Assembly (NCBI GenBank): GCA_005240075.1
Contig: SBBF01000080.1
Location: 1-29,838 of the forward strand
Reading direction: 5' to 3'
From: Nitrospira sp.
Lineage (GTDB): Bacteria > UBA10199 > SBBF01
DNA length: 29,838 nucleotides
In this document: positions 23,390 to 29,838 of the stretch, piece by piece
Numbering within the stretch: the first letter of the stretch is position 1
How the letters are laid out: every line of letters begins with the position of its first letter
The notes under the pieces: generated by a model
Told to the model about the DNA's origin: nothing
What the model saw: the letters and a program-made list of their open reading frames with translations, nothing else
Databases searched by the model: none
Position numbers and translations under genes: made by a program

Positions 23390-23899
23390 ATGATCATGGG
23401 GTTGGGACAGTCACAAAAATCAGGTCAGTCAGATCGAACCCAATTTGGAGGATCTTTTGGTACGGGAGGAGGGCTGGATACTCTTTTCAGTTCACTGGAT
23501 GCATCGGTGGCCGAAAATCTGGTGATTCTGATTTCCGGTGAGTTTGGGCGTCAGCTGAGCGCGAATGGGGATGGGGGGACAGATCATGGAAGAGGAAACA
23601 GTATGTTGGTGATTGGAGATCCTGTTGTCGGTGGTCTTTACGGCGATCTTTTTCCTGAAAGTGAGCTAGCCCGTTTTGATGAACCGAGTAGTGATATTGA
23701 AGGGCTGACCTCCATGGAACATGTTTTTGGGGCTGTTTGGGGCTGTTTGGGGCTGTTTGTGACTGGATGCAAGCCGGGGCTGGCAGTGTCGTGTTTCCCA
23801 ACCGGTCGGGTGCTGATTTGGAGGAAGGGGTCAGTCTGGAAGGATTGTTGGTTTAAGATTCCCACTCATTTCTTTTTGCCCGCTTCGTTGATCATTTGA
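23390..23899 (+). pseudogene. Truncated fragment of a DUF1501-family gene (C-terminal about 100 aa only), carrying a tandem 11-nt repeat
   Basis: NLVILISGEFGRQLSANGDGGTDHGRGNSMLVIGDPVVGGLYGDLFPE matches the DUF1501 C-terminal signature (l.v..gEFGRtp.....GRDH......l.aGggv.gG.vyG.td). Full-length members are over 400 aa. TTTGGGGCTGT occurs 3 times in tandem at 23726-23758. The 3' end overlaps hemH by 34 nt. Confidence 0.5.
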
Positions 23900-24891
23900 C
23901 AAACCGCTTCAACCCACAGAGGGTTTTCATTCAGGGAGGGAATCAGTTCCAGATGTTCTCCCCCCCTTTTTAAAAAAGAGTCTCTCCCTCGAATCCCTAT
24001 CTCCTCAAGAGTTTCCAGACAATCAGCCACAAACGAAGGACAAAAAACAGCGAGCCATTTGATCCCTTTTTTTGGAAATTCAGTCAGCAAAATATCCGTA
24101 TAAGGTTTGATCCAGGGGGTTCTCCCCAATCGCGATTGAAAGGAGATGGTAAATTGCTTTTCAGTCAACCCCAGTTCTTTGGCAATCAGTTTGGCGGTTT
24201 GAAAACAGTGGGCCCGATAACAAGCCTGGTTGGCGATCTCCATTTTTTCGCAACAATCCCTCACCTGCAAACACCAGGAGCCTGTCTTGTCCAGTTTGGT
24301 TAAATGTCTTTCAGGAAGACCATGAAAGCTGAACAGAACATGATCCGGATTCATGCGATTGATCACCTCCTTTCCCTGTTCGACCCATGCCCGGATAAAA
24401 GAGGGATGATCATAAAAAGGAGGGATGACTTTCAGCGGGGGAACCAGTTTTATTTTTTCAATCACCCGAAACAGTTCGGTCAAACTTGATTCGGTGCTGG
24501 ATGAGGCATACTGGGGGTAGAGGGGAAAAATTCGCAATTCATCGACTGATTTCGAAAGAATTTTTTTTAACCCCTCTTCAATTGAGGGACTTCCATAACG
24601 CATTCCTATCTCTACCGCATAATTTTCTCCCAATTGACTCGCCACTGTTTTGGCTAAGGCTTCTGTGTGAATAATAAGAGGCGAGCCTTGGTCGCCCCAG
24701 ATTTTCTGATAAGCAGCCGCCGATTTTCGGGGACGGAAGGGGAGAATAAACAGATTCAACAATAACCAGCGGGCCAGCGGATGGATGTCGATCACCAGCG
24801 GATCGGACAAGAATTGCCTTAAGAATTTCCGGACAGCCGGCACGGTGGGAGCTTTCGGACTTCCGAGATTGATTAAAAGAATACCCGTCAT
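23866..24891 (-). CDS. hemH: Ferrochelatase
   Basis: MTGILLINLGSPKAPTVPAVRKFLRQFLSDPLVIDI... is the canonical HemH N-terminus. 341 aa. Confidence 0.9.
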   Translation of the reverse strand: MTGILLINLGSPKAPTVPAVRKFLRQFLSDPLVIDIHPLARWLLLNLFILPFRPRKSAAAYQKIWGDQGSPLIIHTEALAKTVASQLGENYAVEIGMRYGSPSIEEGLKKILSKSVDELRIFPLYPQYASSSTESSLTELFRVIEKIKLVPPLKVIPPFYDHPSFIRAWVEQGKEVINRMNPDHVLFSFHGLPERHLTKLDKTGSWCLQVRDCCEKMEIANQACYRAHCFQTAKLIAKELGLTEKQFTISFQSRLGRTPWIKPYTDILLTEFPKKGIKWLAVFCPSFVADCLETLEEIGIRGRDSFLKRGGEHLELIPSLNENPLWVEAVCQMINEAGKKK

Positions 24892-24918
24892 GGCAGAGGG
24901 GCCTTTGTCAACAGCCTG

Positions 24919-25131
24919 CTAGGCGGCCTTTTGGAAGTCTAACATCAAACCTTTATCGGCACATGCCTGCAGATAAAAATTGATCAGATTTTGATAAGGA
25001 ATGCCTGTGCGAAAGGCCATCTTTTTAAAATAGTCAAGGGTAGTCTTATCCAACCTGATCGTGATTTGTCTTTTAAGACGACGTGCGTAGGGATTTTTAA
25101 CCGATTTTGAAAAATCGTATTCTTTTCTCAT
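24919..25131 (-). CDS. brnA: BrnA-like antitoxin (second copy)
   Basis: RQITIRLDKTTLDYFKKMAFRTGIPYQNLINFYLQACA matches the BrnA pattern. It overlaps brnT by 4 nt. Confidence 0.7.
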   Translation of the reverse strand: MRKEYDFSKSVKNPYARRLKRQITIRLDKTTLDYFKKMAFRTGIPYQNLINFYLQACADKGLMLDFQKAA

Positions 25132-25430
25132 GATAGATGCTCCTGGTAAATACGAATCTCCTTTTTTACAGCCTTTCTTGCAGAAATGATTCGTATAACC
25201 GATTCATTTTTACGATAGCAATGGTTAACAACCAATAGACGGAATTTTACGCTCATACCGAGAAGAACATAACGATCTTCTTTCCACGAATGATCCGGAT
25301 CTGCAATGAGTCTGGCACACGGATCAATGAAAACCGTTTTTGCTTCTTCAAAAGAGATGCCATGCTTTTTAAGGTTTAACCGGCTCTTCAAACCACTCCA
25401 TTCGAAGTCAAGGTCAGTTTCCTCAGGCAT
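25128..25430 (-). CDS. brnT: BrnT-like toxin (DUF497, second copy)
   Basis: FEWSGLKSRLNLKKHGISFEEAKTVFIDP....DPDHSWKEDRYVLLGMS...LLVVNHCYR.....IRIISARKA...E...Y is the canonical DUF497 pattern. Confidence 0.75.
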   Translation of the reverse strand: MPEETDLDFEWSGLKSRLNLKKHGISFEEAKTVFIDPCARLIADPDHSWKEDRYVLLGMSVKFRLLVVNHCYRKNESVIRIISARKAVKKEIRIYQEHLS

Positions 25431-25493
25431 CCCAGTAAAATTATACTGTAATTACCAAATAAATCAATAAAAAATGTTGTGTAAAAGAGTTGA

Positions 25494-25916
25494 TTACGGC
25501 TTGACGACTGCAAAAATCACAATCGCAATCAAGAGCACGGTTGGTATTTCATTAATCAACCGGCAAGTTTTTTCGGAGAGGAAAAAATTCCCTTCGGCAA
25601 ACCGCCGACGGGTGACCCCGCAAAAAATTTGATACCCGATCAATAATCCAACGAGTGCCAGCTTGAAAACAATCCACGAATTTCCCAGAAACTCTGGATT
25701 GTAAGCCAGCATCCAAAAACCAGAAAGAAGGGTTAAAACCATCGATGGATGCCCGATAAAATAAATCAGTCGATATTCCATTTTCTCGAAAATCTTCGTC
25801 ACTTCAGTCTTCTCCCTGTTTTGCACATGATAAACAAACAGACGAAAAATGTAGAAGAGCTCTGCAAACCAGCAAATCATGAAGATCAGATGAAAAGCTT
25901 TAAGATAAAGATACAT
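25494..25916 (-). CDS. hemJ: Protoporphyrinogen IX oxidase HemJ (UPF0093/CopD-like)
   Basis: MYLYLKAFHLIFMICWFAELFYIFRLFVYH matches the HemJ N-terminus. 140 aa with 4 TM helices. Its start abuts the hemN stop (TGAATG). Confidence 0.8.
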   Translation of the reverse strand: MYLYLKAFHLIFMICWFAELFYIFRLFVYHVQNREKTEVTKIFEKMEYRLIYFIGHPSMVLTLLSGFWMLAYNPEFLGNSWIVFKLALVGLLIGYQIFCGVTRRRFAEGNFFLSEKTCRLINEIPTVLLIAIVIFAVVKP

Positions 25917-27302
25917 TCAGACCGCCCTCGAAAAGGCCGCTGTTTTTGACCTCTCTTTTATTCCTGCATGATACACATCAAACACCATCGCCATGTTGCG
26001 CAAAAACAAACGCCCCTCATTTTTAACCAAAAATGTGGAAGGGAAAATTTCCAGCAAATCGTCCTCAATAAAAGGAACAAGCCCTCTCTTTTCCTGTTCA
26101 AAATAACTCCAAAAATCAAGCCCCCATTTTTTTTCAAAAGAGGGAATATCCACACAACCGCGGCACATGATCTGGGTGATCAAGTCTCGTCTTACATGAT
26201 CATCTCTTTCGAGTAGAAATCCACGAAAAGTGGCTAACTGTCCGCTTGCAATTTTTTCATTATATTTTTTTAAATCTTTTTGGTTCTGAAAATAATTCCC
26301 GTTCACATACGAAATGGCTGAAACGCCGAAACCGATCTGATGGGCTTCAGCCCGTGTGGAATACCCCATAAAATTTCGGTGAATCGTCCCCTCGTCCAGG
26401 GCATGCGCCAGTTCGTCATCTTCAAGGGCAAAATGATCCAGGCCAATCGATCGATAACCATTTTGAGTCAAAATAGGGTAGGCCGTTTCAAAAAGTTTAA
26501 GCTTGATCTCCGGAGAGGGGAGGTCCGAATCGTTGAAAGTCCTCTGGACCGGGCGGGCCCACGGAACATGAGCATAGCTGTAAACGGCCAGACGATTGGG
26601 CCTCAATTCCAGAATCTGCTCCAACGTTCTGATCCATCCGTCCATCGTTTGGCCCGGAAGGCCATAAACCAAATCAATATTAAAGTGCTGGAATCCCAAA
26701 CCTCGAAGATAAGTGATCATGTCGCGCGTCATTTCATAAGTTTGATGGCGGTTGATCAGTTTTTGAACATGCGGATCAAGATCCTGCACACCCAATGAAA
26801 TACGATTAAACCCGAGCGTCTTTAAATTATCACAAAAGGATTGTGTTGAAGTGCGTGGATGCATCTCAATCGCCATTTCCGCATCGGGCAAAAGAGTAAA
26901 ACGCCGGCTCACCTTTAAAACAATTTCCGTCAATTCTTCCGGTTGAAAAAAGTTAGGGCTGCCCCCTCCAAAATGGAGTTGGGTGACAGGTGGGGCAGGG
27001 CTTGCCCTGCCCTTACACATTTGATTTAATACCAAATCAATTTCTCTCAACAAAATATCCGTATAGTCCCGCGACCGGCTCTGATCTTTGGTGATCACCT
27101 GCATGCATCCACAAAAATGGCAGAGGTTTTCGCAAAAGGGGAGATGGAAATAGAGGGATAATTGTTCCCCCATGTCTTTCAACGCCTTTTCATAATCCCT
27201 TGCTGTCACCTGTTCCGTCCAGGCCAACACCGTCGGATAACTGGTATACCGCGGCGCCGGAATATCGTATTTTTTAAGAAGATCACAAAGAGAGGGGGGC
27301 AT
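25917..27302 (-). CDS. hemN: Oxygen-independent coproporphyrinogen III oxidase (radical SAM)
   Basis: YTSYPTVLAW, radical-SAM CxxxCxxC (CENLCHFC), about 460 aa with a HemN C-terminal domain. Confidence 0.9.
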   Translation of the reverse strand: MPPSLCDLLKKYDIPAPRYTSYPTVLAWTEQVTARDYEKALKDMGEQLSLYFHLPFCENLCHFCGCMQVITKDQSRSRDYTDILLREIDLVLNQMCKGRASPAPPVTQLHFGGGSPNFFQPEELTEIVLKVSRRFTLLPDAEMAIEMHPRTSTQSFCDNLKTLGFNRISLGVQDLDPHVQKLINRHQTYEMTRDMITYLRGLGFQHFNIDLVYGLPGQTMDGWIRTLEQILELRPNRLAVYSYAHVPWARPVQRTFNDSDLPSPEIKLKLFETAYPILTQNGYRSIGLDHFALEDDELAHALDEGTIHRNFMGYSTRAEAHQIGFGVSAISYVNGNYFQNQKDLKKYNEKIASGQLATFRGFLLERDDHVRRDLITQIMCRGCVDIPSFEKKWGLDFWSYFEQEKRGLVPFIEDDLLEIFPSTFLVKNEGRLFLRNMAMVFDVYHAGIKERSKTAAFSRAV

Positions 27303-27354
27303 GCGAAGAGCAATAACTAGGAAACAACTTCAAAGTCAAACAAGCAAATTTTTA

Positions 27355-28110
27355 TCAAAATGGACGGGGTTGAGGTGCGGAATTACCTGCAAACAGGTTT
27401 AACAAAACCTTAAGAAAGGGATAAGGGACCTGAAAAATTCTCTCAGCTCCTACTTTCGTAACTTTGCCCAGGCCGATTTTGCAGAGTGCCATGAGTTCGG
27501 AATAAACGGGCTGATAACTTTGACCGAGGGCAAAAGAGATTTCGAGGGCATTTCCCTCTTTGTTTTTTATAAAATAGCTGAAAATCTCCGCACGCGTCCC
27601 AGCCCCAAAAAGGGCCCTCAGAGCCAAGTTGGGATTATTTCTTAAAACGTAGGGTTTCTCAAGAATAGCTTCCCCCATAGTACTCATTTCCCGAGAGATT
27701 AAATTCCAACGTTTCCAAACGGACAAACATTCTTCCTGGTTCAATTCTGATTCTGTTGGAGATCTTCCAATTCTTCTGAAAAGGAATTCGGGCTTATTCA
27801 ATTTCCGACAATATCTTCGAACGGCCTTTAAAACAGAGCGTGGATTAATCTCAATAACAGAATCGATGACTGCCCCCAACACCGCTGTCTGCTTTTCCTG
27901 TCGGACAAAACGAATGAGCCTGCTTCCATTGACAAGGTCATGGTGTTTTAACAGCCACCCTCGCATCCCAAAAAGCAGACGTGAATCGTCGCGACCCGCT
28001 TGCGATGTTTCAACAAGGATCTTTTCCAAATCAACAAGGTCCTCCACGGAAAATGACTGATCGAAAGCCACTCCCAGCCGGGTCCATAGAGTGTATAAGT
28101 CACTCAACAA
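27355..28110 (-). CDS. Hypothetical 251-aa protein: a possible HEPN-like N-region (RGWLLKH = R-x5-H) with a C-terminal winged-helix. Candidate partner of the upstream nucleotidyltransferase
   Basis: It overlaps the upstream NTase gene by 11 nt, suggesting an operon. The C-terminal LALRALFGAGTRAEIFSYFIKNKEGNALEISFALGQSYQPVYSELMALCKIGL resembles a wHTH. FGMRGWLLKHHDL fits the HEPN Rx4-6H motif. The assignment is inferential. Confidence 0.45.
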   Translation of the reverse strand: MLSDLYTLWTRLGVAFDQSFSVEDLVDLEKILVETSQAGRDDSRLLFGMRGWLLKHHDLVNGSRLIRFVRQEKQTAVLGAVIDSVIEINPRSVLKAVRRYCRKLNKPEFLFRRIGRSPTESELNQEECLSVWKRWNLISREMSTMGEAILEKPYVLRNNPNLALRALFGAGTRAEIFSYFIKNKEGNALEISFALGQSYQPVYSELMALCKIGLGKVTKVGAERIFQVPYPFLKVLLNLFAGNSAPQPRPF

Positions 28111-28591
28111 GGTTCCATTCCTCCAATCGAAGTTTTATATGGAGCGCCGTTTTTGGATCGAATCTGGAAATCCGCTCCAGATTTTTCATGATAATGGCCG
28201 TGTCTTTTTTACCGATCTCCAAAAATTGAATATCTGCCAAATCTCTTTCCCTGGCCGCTTTCAGTTTTAACATCAAAAGATCGGGTTTTCCCAAAGAGCT
28301 TATTTTCAGATTCTTCAATCCAAGCTTCAGCGGTATCAGCCTTTCTGTCCAGCCTTCCGGCAAGTAACTGGCATAGCCTTTACAAGAATCATTGAGCCAC
28401 TCGGTTGAAAGTCCTTCTTCCAGCGCAATCTTCTTTACTTTTTCTCGCAAGGACTCTGAAAGAGGAACGGGTGCGATGACATCGACATCCTGGGTTTGCC
28501 TTTTCCCTTTAAATGCCAGGGCCACAGCCATACCGCCGCAAATAATCAGAGTTTCCTTCTTTTCCAGTTCCGAATTCAATCTCCCAAGCAA
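28100..28591 (-). CDS. Pol-beta superfamily minimal nucleotidyltransferase (MNT-like)
   Basis: LIICGGMAVALAFKGKRQTQDVDVI has the GG...DxD nucleotidyltransferase motif. C-terminal LLMLKLKAARERDLADI is similar to the 19468 protein. The start appears to be a TTG, and no good SD is visible. Confidence 0.55.
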   Translation of the reverse strand: MLGRLNSELEKKETLIICGGMAVALAFKGKRQTQDVDVIAPVPLSESLREKVKKIALEEGLSTEWLNDSCKGYASYLPEGWTERLIPLKLGLKNLKISSLGKPDLLMLKLKAARERDLADIQFLEIGKKDTAIIMKNLERISRFDPKTALHIKLRLEEWNLVE

Positions 28592-28643
28592 TGCGATGAG
28601 ATCCAGGGGTGTCTCCTTTCTCTCAAAGAAATATAATCCAAGT

Positions 28644-28658
28644 TATTGCATTATGCAA
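28644..28658. promoter_or_regulatory. 15-nt palindrome ATTGCATTATGCAAT about 55 nt upstream of the NTase operon start: candidate operator
   Basis: Perfect inverted repeat ATTGCAT-T-ATGCAAT next to a TATAAT-like sequence, in the leader of a TA-like operon. Confidence 0.4.
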
Positions 28659-28961
28659 TAGTTATTTTCTCCAGACAAGATTGAAGTCTTGAATGTCATC
28701 GCCGGCTTCAATTCAATTTTTGATCTCTGCCGCGGATGGGGATAGGCGCCGTAGAGCATGATGCCGGGTCGAACCCATCCATGACCGGAAAGATTCCGGT
28801 CAATAATGGCAGACGAATTGGCGAAGGGACAATGTCATTTTTTAAATCAAGCAAAAATTCAATTTCGGATTAATGATAAATATTAAATAAATTCAATAGT
28901 TTAATAATTTTTACAACTAAAATTTAATTATTTTTTATTTTATCAATCATTATTTTTAATT

Positions 28962-29396
28962 CTAAATTAAAGATTCTGGCAACACGATAAACCCTTCTTG
29001 CATGGCCGCTTCCCGAAGGCGTGTATCCAAACATACAAAGGCATGATTCTTGGGAAAGCCTTGTGCCCAGAGAAGAGCGGCAGCCAATTGGAGTGAATCA
29101 GCGGCTCTCAAGGGATGCAACAAAAGAAGCCTGCCCACCTGATCCCGAATCATTTGACTGGGAAGAATTTCGGTCCAATTTTGGGCCAAAAGATCTACAA
29201 GATGACGAACCATCCGTTCCTGATCAGTTGTTAATACGGCCTCCCGCCTTAAACGAGCAAAAGCCGAATCACACTCGGTCACGGAATTCCACCAAACAAC
29301 AATGGAAGAATCATCTTCAAGAATTTTTTTCACAAGAGGGGTGTTGGATTCTTCACAACAAAGCGGTATGAGGGCGGAGGAATCCCAAAATTTCAC
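28962..29396 (-). CDS. vapC: PIN-domain ribonuclease toxin (VapC-like)
   Basis: MKFWDSSALIPL (first acidic residue), ...ADSLQLAAALLWAQGFPKNHAFVCLDTRLREAA (distal Asp), 144 aa. It overlaps the upstream antitoxin by 4 nt. Confidence 0.7.
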   Translation of the reverse strand: MKFWDSSALIPLCCEESNTPLVKKILEDDSSIVVWWNSVTECDSAFARLRREAVLTTDQERMVRHLVDLLAQNWTEILPSQMIRDQVGRLLLLHPLRAADSLQLAAALLWAQGFPKNHAFVCLDTRLREAAMQEGFIVLPESLI

Positions 29397-29680
29397 CGTT
29401 GGTTCCTCTCTTCCATCAAGGCTGCCATGGCCAGCCCCCTCGGATCAACAGGATGCGGAAGGGACCAAAAAGATGCCGGCACTTTTCCCGAACCAAGCCG
29501 GACAAGCCCTTCTTGAACCATTTCTTTTAAATAAGGGGAGATAGCTGATGGAGAGATAAAAGGAATAATGCGGGCTACCGGTTGACCACGGTCGGTTACA
29601 ATCACTTCTTCCCCTTTTTTAACATGCTGGAGGTGACTGCTTAAACGCGCTTTCAGTTTTGATATGGTTGTGCTTTTCAT
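29393..29680 (-). CDS. Phd/YefM-family antitoxin
   Basis: MKSTTISKLKARLSSHLQHVKKGEEVIVTDRGQPVARIIP is the classic Phd/YefM N-terminus. It is translationally coupled to vapC. Confidence 0.7.
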   Translation of the reverse strand: MKSTTISKLKARLSSHLQHVKKGEEVIVTDRGQPVARIIPFISPSAISPYLKEMVQEGLVRLGSGKVPASFWSLPHPVDPRGLAMAALMEERNQR

Positions 29681-29838
29681 AAAGACTATAAGTATCTTAT
29701 CAAAATGACTAAAATAGTCAAGTAAGTAAATCCCCCCGGAATAATGCCTCAGTTTTTCCTTCCAAGACCGTAAACACCAGTTGCCAAAACATGGCGGATA
29801 TTTGATAAACCTCTGGGGACTTCATCCGCCAGAGGCGG

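Noticed and set aside
28740-28800. A possible tRNA fragment (GCCGGGTCGAACCCATCC resembles a T-arm)
   Set aside because: A cloverleaf cannot be completed on either strand. There is no acceptor or anticodon arm partner.

Overview
This 29.8-kb window reads as a bacterial chromosomal segment from a Gram-negative-type organism (lipobox lipoproteins, HemJ/HemN), about 47% GC. Housekeeping genes are interleaved with an unusually dense set of toxin-antitoxin and abortive-infection modules. Housekeeping content, all identified by motif recognition without database search: arfB-orn; the sulfate ABC transporter cysT-cysW-cysA; the dnaX-ybaB-recR cluster with a candidate SRP RNA (ffs) upstream; folK, a YHS-domain small protein and tal; a YyaL thioredoxin lipoprotein; an SPFH protein; a VanX-like dipeptidase; a heme cluster hemN-hemJ-hemH plus an apparent in-frame HemD-HemE fusion; two tRNA-Ser genes (GGA and CGA). 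Accessory content: two BrnT/BrnA pairs, a DUF3368 PIN protein with a UPF0175-like partner in reversed order, AbiEi/AbiEii, a Phd-PIN (VapBC-type) pair, two Pol-beta-type minimal nucleotidyltransferases (one coupled to a candidate HEPN-like/wHTH partner), an orphan MglA-like Ras GTPase, a DUF4143 AAA ATPase and a truncated DUF1501 fragment. The most striking sequence-level signal is a multi-copy family of hairpin-rich composite elements, with at least 10 copies or fragments. Each has a 13-nt hairpin CTGGC-AAA-GCCAG present 5 times exactly, plus 4 variants with paired compensatory changes in the stem. Each also has a module ATACCTTCCCG-[variable hairpin]-CGATGAAGG. In several copies this second module ends as GGAAGGTAYATAA-ATG directly at a start codon (cysA, folK, a secreted-protein gene). 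There the element could supply the ribosome-binding site and pair it with an upstream CCUUC. A separate 58-nt REPIN-like doublet of GTAG-initiated hairpins is translated in frame as the linker of the HemD-HemE fusion.
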